DNA of 64,000 nucleotides from Deltaproteobacteria bacterium. GTDB lineage: Bacteria; Myxococcota_A; UBA9160; UBA4427. This document shows, piece by piece, positions 39,837 through 48,944 of the stretch (within the stretch, counting starts at the first letter, position 1; the number at the start of each line of letters is the position of its first letter). The stretch is taken from assembly GCA_002691205.1 (NCBI GenBank), contig NZHD01000051.1:2901-66900 (forward strand). Reading direction: 5' to 3'. The position numbers and the translations under genes were made by a program. The notes under the pieces are model-generated. The model was given only the letters and a program-made list of their open reading frames with translations. It made no database searches and was not told the origin of the DNA.

Positions 39837-40675
39837 GACACCGCATTTTCACCGCTTGACCGGCGGTCCACCCAGCGAAGAAAAGCCCCCATGCCCAACA
39901 AGGCGCCGCAGGCGCACAGGTACGTAAAAATACCCACCCACTCGTGAATCGCACTACCCGTTGCCGCCTCGACGCCCGCGGTCTGTGCCATCTGTACAGA
40001 GAGAAGAACACGAGCGAGGTTGCCCAGTAAGGCGACAGGCAGAACGGTCAGGATAAGAAGGATGCGCCGGAGCAATCGGTGATCGGTGAAATAAGCCAGA
40101 ATCACACCCAGAGGAACCAAAGTCAGCAAGGAAGTAATGCCACTGCAGGCTTCCGCCACAAAAAGCTGATCGCCACCGGGAAGTTCGATCACATTGCCCC
40201 TGCGCAGGACCGGATCTCCCATCGCATGCAAAATGCTGGTCCCCAATTCGCTCACCCAAAGTTGTAACTGCCCCGTCAGAGCCGCCAGCCATGGCTCGGG
40301 CCAAGGCACCATAAACAGCAGAAAACCGATGGGGAACATTAAAGTCTTGAGCCAAAAACGACCACGCAGCAGAAGCACCCCTCCCGCCACCGAAGCCACC
40401 ACTGAAACGCCCACCCAGGTCATGGACCCCACCAACCAACCAATCAGATAGACCGACAAAGCTCCAGCCAGCACCCAAAGGCCTCGAATATCCCAATCCG
40501 AATCAAGCAAAGGGAGGACTCTCCGTTTGCTGCTCGCGGCCCACAACGCGACTAGGGGGATGAAATAACCATGCGAATAGTACGGAGAAGCACTCCAGAC
40601 CTCCGCCAGAGCGGCGAGTCCAGGAGCCAACACCAAAGCGAGCAATCCCACTAAGACCCAGTCCATTGTGCGCAT
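39833..40675 (-). CDS. Exosortase (EpsH/Xrt family transpeptidase for PEP-CTERM proteins)
   Basis: About 8 TM segments. Family catalytic motifs FVAEACSGITSL (Cys), LLGNLARV (Arg) and SAIHEWVGIF (His). I start at ATG 40675 (MRTMDWVLVGLL...). The 154-aa N-terminal extension in the track ORF is non-hydrophobic and overlaps the opposite-strand sulfotransferase. Confidence 0.8.
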   Translation of the reverse strand: MRTMDWVLVGLLALVLAPGLAALAEVWSASPYYSHGYFIPLVALWAASSKRRVLPLLDSDWDIRGLWVLAGALSVYLIGWLVGSMTWVGVSVVASVAGGVLLLRGRFWLKTLMFPIGFLLFMVPWPEPWLAALTGQLQLWVSELGTSILHAMGDPVLRRGNVIELPGGDQLFVAEACSGITSLLTLVPLGVILAYFTDHRLLRRILLILTVLPVALLGNLARVLLSVQMAQTAGVEAATGSAIHEWVGIFTYLCACGALLGMGAFLRWVDRRSSGENAVS

Positions 40676-40840
40676 AGCCGCTTTCGCTCCCCTTCGATTA
40701 CTGCCGAAGTCTACCCGGTTCATCGGGACAGTGGAGGCCAGAGTTGAAGCCCTTTGCGTAAAACCCTCTCCTGTGAGAGGCTTTCCCTCGAAGATCGTAA
40801 AAAAAGTCCCCACCCTCACGGAATATGGAGAAAAAAGAGC

Positions 40841-41851
40841 GTGCAAGAACAGCTGGTGTTTATAATCGGAGCGCCTCGTTCTGGATCCACCCTGCTCGCC
40901 CGAATGCTCGGGGCGCATAGCGAAATCCATGCCCCCGCCGAGCCTCATCTGCTGACTCCCCTCGCCCACCTTGGCTACTACGAGCGCGTGGACGAAGCCC
41001 CTTATGATCCAATTATCAGCCAACTTGGCATCCGCGAATTGGTGCCTGCGCTTCCCCATGGCGAAGCCGATTACCTCAAAGCACTGCGCAGCTACACGGA
41101 TGACCTCTACTCGGGACTGCTGGCCAATACAGGAGCCCACCTCTTGCTCGACAAAACGCCGGCCTATGCGTTAGTCCTCGACTTTGCGGCACGACTCTAT
41201 CCCAACGCACGCTACGTTGTCCTCACGCGCCATCCCATGGCCATCTGGTCTTCGGTCATCGAGTCCTTCTTTGACGGCGATCACGAAATGGCCCACAAGC
41301 ACAACCCTGTGATCGAACGGTATGTGCCTGCCATTGCAAAATTTCTGCAAGATCCACCCGTACCCATTCATCACATTCCCTACGAATCTCTCGTTAAGGC
41401 ACCGGAAGAGCACATGCGTTCGGTGAGTGAATTCCTCGGTATTGAGTTTGAGGCCTCTATGGTCAATTACGGAGACGGCCAGTCCCAAAATGCCGCCGCT
41501 CGAGGCCTCGGCGACCCCATGAAAGTGGCCACCGAAAAGCGCCCCACGACCGGATCCCTGGCCAAATGGGCCGAGCAGTTAAACGGAAGGCCCGAGCGAG
41601 TTGCCCAGTGTCGATCCATCTTAAACCGCTTAGATGATGCAGACCTCGCGACCTGGGGCTTTTCTCGACAAGAGATCGAAGATCAACTCGCAGCGGTGGA
41701 CCCCGCCGGCCCCCGCGCAGCCGGCCCCAAACTCAGTCGCCATGTCCTTGAACGAAAGCTTCTGCTCGCCTTGCGTCGCAGAGTGGGCGAAAATTGGTCC
41801 GGCCGCGTAGTCCGCCGAGTCAGAGAGATCTGCGACCTTCTTCTACGTTAG
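40841..41851 (+). CDS. Sulfotransferase family protein
   Basis: PAPS 5-prime phosphosulfate-binding loop IIGAPRSGSTLLARML and a later RHP motif region. GTG 40841 lies 10 nt after a GGAG. The track ORF starts at 40754. Confidence 0.7.
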   Translation: MQEQLVFIIGAPRSGSTLLARMLGAHSEIHAPAEPHLLTPLAHLGYYERVDEAPYDPIISQLGIRELVPALPHGEADYLKALRSYTDDLYSGLLANTGAHLLLDKTPAYALVLDFAARLYPNARYVVLTRHPMAIWSSVIESFFDGDHEMAHKHNPVIERYVPAIAKFLQDPPVPIHHIPYESLVKAPEEHMRSVSEFLGIEFEASMVNYGDGQSQNAAARGLGDPMKVATEKRPTTGSLAKWAEQLNGRPERVAQCRSILNRLDDADLATWGFSRQEIEDQLAAVDPAGPRAAGPKLSRHVLERKLLLALRRRVGENWSGRVVRRVREICDLLLR

Positions 41852-41897
41852 ACTGCATGCGGATCACACAGCCCCTAAAAAGAGAGCCTCATTAGAA

Positions 41898-42590
41898 ATG
41901 TACAGACGGTTCTGGACCCTCATCCGCGAAGCCACCCGACGGTATTTTGTCGCCGGCCTCCTCGCCTTTGCGCCCATTGGCATCACAATTTGGGCCATCG
42001 TCGTCATCATTACTCGCCTGGACAACCTGCTCTTGCCGCGGGTCATCGAGTTTCTATTTCCATCCCTCCAAGAACCGCCGAATATTCCTCCGCTGGTCGG
42101 CGCCCTCTTCACCTTCCTTGTGATCCTCTTTGCGGGTGTCCTCGTTCGTCACCTTTTTGGCAGCGAACTGGTTCGAATCGGAGAACGCCTCCTCTCACGC
42201 GTGCCGATTGCCCGAAGTATTTATTACGGGATCAAGCAGCTCTTCGAGGCCATTTTGGCCACCACGGACAGTAAAAAAGGATTCAATCGCGTCGTTCTCA
42301 TCGAATACCCGCGCAAAGGCATCTGGGCTATCGCCTTCGTGACGGGGGACTCAAGAGGCCCTCTCAACCGAGCCTTTCCCGAACAATCCATGCTCAATTG
42401 TTTTATTCCGACAACACCCAATCCCACATCGGGCTTCTACCTGCTTATTCCCGAAGAGGAAGTAAGAAACGTAGAACTGAGCGTCGAAGATGCTTTCAAA
42501 GTCATTATGTCGGCCGGCCTCGTCACTCCAGATGTGGAGAACGAGCATCCGACACTGCCCGGCATGGATACGAATTCGCCGCGAAGCTAG
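41898..42590 (+). CDS. DUF502 family membrane protein
   Basis: N-terminal FVAGLLAFAPIGITIWAIVVI plus a second TM, and PNPTSGFYLLIP, a motif I associate with DUF502. Confidence 0.6.
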   Translation: MYRRFWTLIREATRRYFVAGLLAFAPIGITIWAIVVIITRLDNLLLPRVIEFLFPSLQEPPNIPPLVGALFTFLVILFAGVLVRHLFGSELVRIGERLLSRVPIARSIYYGIKQLFEAILATTDSKKGFNRVVLIEYPRKGIWAIAFVTGDSRGPLNRAFPEQSMLNCFIPTTPNPTSGFYLLIPEEEVRNVELSVEDAFKVIMSAGLVTPDVENEHPTLPGMDTNSPRS

Positions 42591-43108
42591 CCTTCGGCGG
42601 GATCCGCCGCTCCGTAACGAACGGCGATCACTTCAAGTTCGAGGGCGCCACGAGGTCGACGCACAATCACTTCGTCCCCTACACTTTTCCCCAGCAGACT
42701 CCGGCCCACCGGCGAATCCATACTGATCTCACCTCGACTCGCGTCCGACTCATCGGGGCCCACCAGTCTATACGAGAGCGTTTCTCCGTCCGCGTCTTCC
42801 AGCGTCACCCATGCCCCGAAATAGATTCGGTCATCCTTTCGTTCCGAGTCGGACTCGACCACGGTCAATGCGTCGATCCGCTTAGCTAAAAAGCGAATTC
42901 GCCGGTCGATCTCTCGCAGCCGCTTCTTGCCGTAAATGTAATCCGCATTCTCAGAACGATCGCCCAAAGCCGCCGCCACCGAGACCTGCTCGGTGACTTT
43001 AGGCCGCTCGACACTCCAGAGATGGTCGTGCTCGCTCTGAAGGCGCGCAAAACCCTCGGGCGTGATGTAAGCGCTGTCGCTCTGGGGAGCCTTTTGCGAT
43101 TTAGCCAT
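42587..43108 (-). CDS. greB: Transcription elongation factor GreB
   Basis: YITPEGFARLQSEHDHLW ... GDRSENADYIYGKKRLREIDRRIRFL ... FGAWV closely parallels E. coli GreB. ATG 43108; the track ORF extends to 43249. Confidence 0.9.
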   Translation of the reverse strand: MAKSQKAPQSDSAYITPEGFARLQSEHDHLWSVERPKVTEQVSVAAALGDRSENADYIYGKKRLREIDRRIRFLAKRIDALTVVESDSERKDDRIYFGAWVTLEDADGETLSYRLVGPDESDASRGEISMDSPVGRSLLGKSVGDEVIVRRPRGALELEVIAVRYGAADPAEG

Positions 43109-43155
43109 CTTCCTACAATGACCTGCCCACCCGGATAGGTCAAGCTGGCTCCCCC

Positions 43156-43482
43156 TTGAGCATCTCCCACACTTCAGGCTATAATTTAAATGTGTCCAAA
43201 ATTGAATCCAACGACAGTGATCAAAAGCCCGTAGAGCCCGGGCCGCCACCGACGCCTTTTGACCATCCCTTATTCTTACCCGTGCTGCTGCTCGGGTTCT
43301 CGATTTGGTTTGGCTACGACGGGTGGATCAATCAAGATCCGGAGATGCTTGAGCATCAAGATTTCAACCGCTATGGGTTCGCAGTTCTTGCGGTGCTCAC
43401 AGCTTGGTTCGGCTACAAGGGCGTCAGTGAGTGGAAGGCCAGCAAAGAAGAGCCCTCTCAGAATTCCGCCCAAGACCAGTAA
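43156..43482 (+). CDS. Hypothetical small two-TM membrane protein
   Basis: ORF with two hydrophobic helices (LFLPVLLLGFSIWFGY, GFAVLAVLTAWFGY). No family recognised. Start uncertain (a GTG about 36 nt downstream is possible). Confidence 0.35.
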   Translation: MSISHTSGYNLNVSKIESNDSDQKPVEPGPPPTPFDHPLFLPVLLLGFSIWFGYDGWINQDPEMLEHQDFNRYGFAVLAVLTAWFGYKGVSEWKASKEEPSQNSAQDQ

Positions 43483-43655
43483 GATTTTGAAAGACAGGTC
43501 ACCACGGGCTCACTCTTACGAACAATGTCGTCTGAATTTTAAAAATCGAGGCCTTTAAGACCCCTGGGAGCCCTTACTGAGACAGCTCAAGCGATATTTC
43601 GCTTGTCTCATGAAGGCTTCTGACCGATGAGTGGATCACACTCAAGGAGTCTTTC

Positions 43656-45128
43656 GTGACACAGAATCTGGCCAGCCACCTGCTTTACGAAGTTAACAGA
43701 TCTCAACAAACGGATACCGTCGTGGCCCCTTGGCTTGAAGATGGGGCAGACCTTCTGCCGGAAAACCTGTCCGAAGTGGAACACCATCCACAAGAAGGCG
43801 ACATTTTTCACGGACGGTTTAAGTACCGAATTTTGTCCCGTCTGGGAAAGGGCGGCTTCGGATCGGTCTATCTGGCCGAGTGCCTCGATGCATCCCCCCT
43901 TGGAAGAAGAACGAAACTGGATGTCCCTCCCCCTCAAGTGGCCATCAAGGTCTTGGGACCCACTCGAAACGAAAGAGCGAAAAGTTTTCTCAAACGCGAA
44001 CTCGCTGCGCTGCTCGCGATTCAAGCGCCTCAAATCCCGATTCTCTACGACTGGTCGCTCGAAAGCGAGTCGGCTTTTTCAGTCGTCGAATACTTCCCCA
44101 GTGGCAGCCTGGCCGATGCTTGGCCGTTAATTGGACGCTTCGACGAGCAACAAACTTGGCGCTTAGTCTCCGACCTTTTATCCGCTCTGTCCGCAGCCCA
44201 CCGCGCGTCTATCTTGCATCTTGATGTCAAACCCTCAAATGTTCTTCTGGATGGAGACGGAGGTTTTGTTCTCACTGACTTTGGTGTCTCTCACGCCTCA
44301 CGCATGTCCCGTGGTCTTTTAACTCAAGGCCGAATTGCGGTGGGTCTCGGGACGCACGGCTATCGCGCCCCCGAACAGGACAACTGCGAAATTCAAAGCT
44401 TCGACTTGCGAACGGACCTCTGGGGCGTCGGCGCCACGGCCTGGGGGCTCTATACCGGCATCGACCTGACCAAGCGACGTGAGGCCCTTCGTAAAGCACG
44501 AGATGGCAATGTGTACGGACTGCAGCGGCTTTCGGATGTGCGGATTAATTGTCCCCCACCCCTTGAAGAAGTGATCATGGGACTCCTTCACATTGACCCT
44601 TCCCAGAGGCCGGGCGGCGCCAGCGAGGTGCTCGGACAAATCCGAACTGTGGCCCGTGGATTTGGACTCGATTCTCATACGGTGGCCTCGGCGCGGAGGG
44701 AAAGCATCGCTCCGGGAGAGATTCAGAACTTGATTGATTCGCTCGTCGATCCGCTTTGGGCCTCGATTTGTCGTACACCCGGATTCGAGCGCTACTTCGT
44801 CCGATTTGAGGAAGGCGAGACACTTTCCTCGGCGGGCCCCAGTGCACACCAGACCTTCTTGCTCCTCAAGGGTGCTGTTTCGATTGAACGAGAGGGCGAA
44901 CAACGTGACATTGAAAGACGAGAAGGGACATTAATGGGGGCCGTATCGGCCCTGACTGGCGCGCCACGAAGGGTTCAAATGAGAGCGGTTGAAGGTCCCG
45001 TATGGGTTTGTATTTTCAACGAAGCTGAACTTGAGCAACTCGTGACATGTAACTCCTCTGTCGCAGTCCGCATGATTCGAAGCATGGCCCAAAGACTCAT
45101 AGAAAGTCCTGACCGACACGGGGTCTAA
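43656..45128 (+). CDS. Ser/Thr protein kinase fused to a C-terminal cyclic-nucleotide-binding domain
   Basis: GKGGFGSVY, VAIKVL, HLDVKPSNVLL (non-RD), DFG and GYRAPE. The C-terminal ~120 aa reads FLLLKGAVSIERE...RREGTLMGAVSALTGAPRRVQMRAVE, which is cNMP-binding-like. AAGGAG lies 6 nt before the GTG start. Confidence 0.85.
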   Translation: MTQNLASHLLYEVNRSQQTDTVVAPWLEDGADLLPENLSEVEHHPQEGDIFHGRFKYRILSRLGKGGFGSVYLAECLDASPLGRRTKLDVPPPQVAIKVLGPTRNERAKSFLKRELAALLAIQAPQIPILYDWSLESESAFSVVEYFPSGSLADAWPLIGRFDEQQTWRLVSDLLSALSAAHRASILHLDVKPSNVLLDGDGGFVLTDFGVSHASRMSRGLLTQGRIAVGLGTHGYRAPEQDNCEIQSFDLRTDLWGVGATAWGLYTGIDLTKRREALRKARDGNVYGLQRLSDVRINCPPPLEEVIMGLLHIDPSQRPGGASEVLGQIRTVARGFGLDSHTVASARRESIAPGEIQNLIDSLVDPLWASICRTPGFERYFVRFEEGETLSSAGPSAHQTFLLLKGAVSIEREGEQRDIERREGTLMGAVSALTGAPRRVQMRAVEGPVWVCIFNEAELEQLVTCNSSVAVRMIRSMAQRLIESPDRHGV

Positions 45129-45235
45129 GTCCGTTTTCGCTCTGATCTGTTAGTCTGGGTTGGCTTTTCGTTTCAAACACGAGCCCACATGCCCAGACAG
45201 GCCTCTGGCCCACGGCACACGAGGAGACAAAACGT

Positions 45236-46021
45236 ATGCTCTTAGATCGGTTTAAAATGGGTGGCCAAGTGGTCGTGGTCACGGGCGCCGGTCGAGGCAT
45301 CGGTCGCGGGTGCGCGTTAGGGTTTGCGGAGGCTGGAGCCCACGTGGTCTGCGCAGCCCGTACGCTTGACCAAATTCAAGAGACGGCCTCTCAAGTCGAA
45401 GCCCAAGGGGTGCAGAGTCTGGCCGTCCCCTGTGATGTCAGCGATCCGAACCAACGACAGAAGCTCATCGATGCAACCGTCGAAAAGTGGGGCCGGATCG
45501 ACGTCTTGATCAACAATGCAGGTGGGTCCCCGCCCCGCCCAGCGCTTGAAACCAGTGATACGATGTTTAATCGCGCCTTCGACTTCAATGTCACCACTGC
45601 GTTCAGCCTAACACGAATGGCTGTCCCACATATGCAACGAGGCGAAGGAGGCGCAGTCGTCAACATTTCATCCGCCGCCGGACGATTGGCCCAATCTAAT
45701 TTTGCCGCCTACGGCACAGCGAAGGCTGCATTGTCATTCATGACTCGGCAACTTGGCCAAGAATTGGCTCCTCGCGTGCGCGTGAATGCCATCGCGGTGG
45801 GCTCCGTAGGCACATCCGCCCTCCTGCCTTTCCTCGATGAATCGACGCGTCAAAAGATGGAGGCCATGACGCCCATGGGCCGACTTGGAACGGTGGAGGA
45901 CATCGCTTTGGCGGCTCTCTTCCTCGGGTCCTCTGCTGCGAGTTGGGTCACTGGGAAAATCTTTGAAGTCGACGGAGGCACCGAATCGACCAACTGGCCC
46001 TTCGACCCATCAAGCCAATAG
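45236..46021 (+). CDS. SDR family oxidoreductase (FabG-like)
   Basis: VVVVTGAGRGIGRG, NNAG, and a Y..AK catalytic motif (AAYGTAKAA). Confidence 0.85.
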   Translation: MLLDRFKMGGQVVVVTGAGRGIGRGCALGFAEAGAHVVCAARTLDQIQETASQVEAQGVQSLAVPCDVSDPNQRQKLIDATVEKWGRIDVLINNAGGSPPRPALETSDTMFNRAFDFNVTTAFSLTRMAVPHMQRGEGGAVVNISSAAGRLAQSNFAAYGTAKAALSFMTRQLGQELAPRVRVNAIAVGSVGTSALLPFLDESTRQKMEAMTPMGRLGTVEDIALAALFLGSSAASWVTGKIFEVDGGTESTNWPFDPSSQ

Positions 46022-46034
46022 TCGGACACATCTT

Positions 46035-47396
46035 ATGGCTTCACAAACGTTCCTGACTCATCCTGTTGACTCAACGGAAATGCCGCGCGGCATTCCCTAC
46101 ATCATCGGCAATGAAGCCGCCGAACGCTTCAGCTTCTATGGGATGAGAGCCATTCTCGTAATCTTTATGACGCGCTACTTGCTCGATGCACAGGGCGAAA
46201 GCGCGCCCATGGAAGAGGCGGAGGCCACCTCATGGTTTCATCTCTTCATGGCGGCGGTCTATCTCACCCCCCTCATGGGAGCGTTGCTCGCTGACATTTT
46301 CGTTGGAAAATATAAAACTATTTTGGGTCTCTCTCTTGTCTACTGCCTTGGGCATCTGGCTTTAGCCGTGGACGAAACCCGCCTCGGTCTCTCCGTGGGC
46401 CTCTTCTTGATCGCACTGGGGTCGGGCGGAATCAAGCCCTGCGTCTCAGCACACGTGGGCGACCAATTTGGCCACAAAAATGCCCACCGTCTTCGAGATG
46501 TCTTTTCGTATTTCTACTTCGCCATTAACCTGGGTGCATTTGCATCAACTCTGATGACTCCACTTTTGCTTGAACATGCCGGTCCACATCTGGCCTTTGG
46601 ATTGCCGGGAGCCCTGATGCTCATCGCGACCTGGGTTTTTTGGCTGGGTCGCGAAAAGTTTGTTCACGTACCGCCTCACGGTCGTACTTTTCTACATCAG
46701 CTCTTTAGCCGAGGGGGCTTTCGCACCCTGCTGCCCCTGGCTCTGCTCTATGCCTTTGTTGCCGTCTTCTGGTCCCTCTTTGACCAAACCGGGTCATCCT
46801 GGGTCATTCAGGCGGAAGGGATGGACCGACAACTCTTTGGCGTGGAGGTCTTGCCCTCACAAATTCAGGCCTTGAACCCACTTTACGTCATGATTTTGAT
46901 TCCCCTCTTTGTCTACTTCATTTATCCCGCCATGGACCGTTTTTTCCCAGCGACCCCGCTGCGGCGAATCTCCATTGGACTCTTCCTCGCCGTCCCCTCC
47001 TATCTTTTGATGGCCCAACTTGAGATGTGGATCGCAGCTGGACATACACCGAGCATTGCCTGGCACCTTTTGTCATACCTTATCTTGACCGCAGCTGAAG
47101 TCCTCATTTCCATCACAGCCCTTGAATTTGCTTACACCCAAGCGCCCACCGCCATGAAGTCAATCGTCATGGCCTTGGCGCTCGCGTCGGTTTCCCTGGG
47201 CAACCTTTTCACCGCGGCCGTGAATACCTTCATCCAGAGTGAACAAAACCAGAGCTGGCTCACGGGGCCCGCTTATTTTCTGTTCTTTGGAGCCCTCATG
47301 GCTTTCACAGCGCTAGCTTTTGTCCCGTTCGCCATCCGCTACCGTGAAAAAGCCCACCTGCAAGACGATGATCGATCTGAAGCGCTTCCAAATTAA
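46035..47396 (+). CDS. POT/PTR2 family proton-dependent oligopeptide transporter
   Basis: GNEAAERFSFYGMRAILVIFM (ExxERFxYYG-type motif) and a polytopic profile. ATG 46035; the track ORF 45885 start overlaps the SDR gene. Confidence 0.85.
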   Translation: MASQTFLTHPVDSTEMPRGIPYIIGNEAAERFSFYGMRAILVIFMTRYLLDAQGESAPMEEAEATSWFHLFMAAVYLTPLMGALLADIFVGKYKTILGLSLVYCLGHLALAVDETRLGLSVGLFLIALGSGGIKPCVSAHVGDQFGHKNAHRLRDVFSYFYFAINLGAFASTLMTPLLLEHAGPHLAFGLPGALMLIATWVFWLGREKFVHVPPHGRTFLHQLFSRGGFRTLLPLALLYAFVAVFWSLFDQTGSSWVIQAEGMDRQLFGVEVLPSQIQALNPLYVMILIPLFVYFIYPAMDRFFPATPLRRISIGLFLAVPSYLLMAQLEMWIAAGHTPSIAWHLLSYLILTAAEVLISITALEFAYTQAPTAMKSIVMALALASVSLGNLFTAAVNTFIQSEQNQSWLTGPAYFLFFGALMAFTALAFVPFAIRYREKAHLQDDDRSEALPN

Positions 47397-47497
47397 CTTA
47401 AGAAAATACGAGACCACTGGCCTTTCCATACAGGTGGCGCGGCGGCCAACCTGAGATGTACGTTCTTGTGTGCTTTCACGCACCCCCAAGGAGAACC

Positions 47498-48556
47498 ATG
47501 GCCGCTTCCAGAGCTTCATCGCCTCGCCCTCTCGGAATTATTGTCAATCCAAGTTCCGGACGAGACGCTCGACGTCTGTTTGCTCGCGCAGACAGTTCGA
47601 CGATCCAAACCAAGCGCAATCAAGTGGAACGTATCCTGGTGGGAGCCGCTGCGGCCGGTGTCCAAAAGGTCATCCTCGCCCCAGATGCCTTTCGGATTTC
47701 TCAGAATGCGTGTGCGGCCATCGGCGTCAAGATAGAGGTCGAGATGCTTAAGTTTCGCCTCGAAAACAAAGCCACCGACACAGCCCGTGCCGTTAGACTG
47801 ATGCAAGAAGCCGGATGCGGGGCCCTCGCCGTCTTGGGCGGGGACGGCACCAGTCGAATCGTGACTCAGACATGGCTCGACGCGCCCTTGCTCCCTCTCT
47901 CCACGGGCACCAACAATGTCTTTCCCCTTATGCTGGAGTCCACCGTCGCCGGGGCGGCCGCCGGCGCTGTCGCCGCAGGTCTCGTTCCGCTTAAAAAAGC
48001 GGCCCGGCGGACAAAACGAATCGTCGTTGAAATCGAAGGCGAACCTCCTGATTTAGCTCTGATCGACGCGGTTCATCTTGTCGATGACCACACCGGGAAC
48101 CTGCTTCCCTTTGATCCCACATGCATGCGAACCTTAGTTCTTTCTCGGGCTCTGCCCGATGCCGTGGGCATGTCGCCGGTGGGTGGACTGCTTGAGCCCT
48201 GCCGAGCTGAAGACGACTTTGGAGTCGCCGTCTCCTGCGTAGCCCCCGACCCAAACCAGCGCCGAATTTTAGCGCCTATCTCACCCGGGCTATACCGACC
48301 GATTCACGTCTCAAATGTACGACGGATCGAACTCGGTGAGCCCGTCTCCTTCGCCGGTCCCGGCTTGGTGGCGGTGGATGGGGATCGCGAGCGAAAACTT
48401 GAAAAGGGCCAGAACGTACAGCTCCGTGTGGAACGGGACGGCCCCTTTGTCATTGATCCCGCGCAAACTCTTTCTGAAGCGGCTCGGCTGGGCCACTATG
48501 AAGGACACACCCACTGGCACGATCAGAGAGATGAGGGAGGATTCGAATGTTGTTGA
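47498..48556 (+). CDS. ATP-NAD kinase fold protein (AcoX-like)
   Basis: IIVNPSSGRD, VLGGDGTSRIV and STGTNNVFP motifs of the NAD kinase/diacylglycerol kinase-like fold. AAGGAG RBS before ATG 47498. Confidence 0.6.
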   Translation: MAASRASSPRPLGIIVNPSSGRDARRLFARADSSTIQTKRNQVERILVGAAAAGVQKVILAPDAFRISQNACAAIGVKIEVEMLKFRLENKATDTARAVRLMQEAGCGALAVLGGDGTSRIVTQTWLDAPLLPLSTGTNNVFPLMLESTVAGAAAGAVAAGLVPLKKAARRTKRIVVEIEGEPPDLALIDAVHLVDDHTGNLLPFDPTCMRTLVLSRALPDAVGMSPVGGLLEPCRAEDDFGVAVSCVAPDPNQRRILAPISPGLYRPIHVSNVRRIELGEPVSFAGPGLVAVDGDRERKLEKGQNVQLRVERDGPFVIDPAQTLSEAARLGHYEGHTHWHDQRDEGGFECC

Positions 48557-48921
48557 GTCAATTGCGATGGATACTCGCTCTGGCTATTGGCGTCTGCGTC
48601 ATGATCGCAGTTTGGCTTGACCCTGAGGTCAAGGCACCGGGAGGGGTCGAAGCGACGATCCGCGAACCCATCGCGGCGAAGCCGCTATTTGAACCACCGC
48701 CCCCTGCTGGGGCGAGTTGGGAAGAGCGAGTCGCCGCCTACAGGAACGCCCGAACGACTCTTCTGACCAGTACGCCCCCCGGCGGAGTTCAAATGGCTGC
48801 CTTAGAGTCCTTGCGTCAGCAATATTTTCCAGCCGAAGAGCTTGACCGAGCTAAACTCACCGATGAGCAGGACGGTGTGATTCCAAGCCGCAGCAAAAAC
48901 CCCGAACCGCCCAAACTCTGA
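48547..48921 (+). CDS. Hypothetical membrane-anchored protein
   Basis: ORF overlapping the upstream stop by 10 nt, with one N-terminal TM (ILALAIGVCVMIAVWL). The tail LESLRQQYFPAEELDRAKL is faintly reminiscent of lipase-chaperone C-termini. Not assignable. Confidence 0.35.
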   Translation: MLLSQLRWILALAIGVCVMIAVWLDPEVKAPGGVEATIREPIAAKPLFEPPPPAGASWEERVAAYRNARTTLLTSTPPGGVQMAALESLRQQYFPAEELDRAKLTDEQDGVIPSRSKNPEPPKL

Positions 48922-48944
48922 ACCCAAAGGAAATTCTCTAGGCC

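Noticed and set aside
40676-41140. 154-aa N-terminal extension of the exosortase ORF (track start 41140)
   Set aside because: The extension is hydrophilic, has no exosortase similarity and overlaps the better-supported sulfotransferase on the opposite strand. The TM core begins right after the internal ATG at 40675.
45885-46034. 50-codon N-terminal extension of the POT transporter ORF
   Set aside because: It overlaps the 3-prime end of the SDR gene in another frame. The conserved POT N-terminus begins after ATG 46035.
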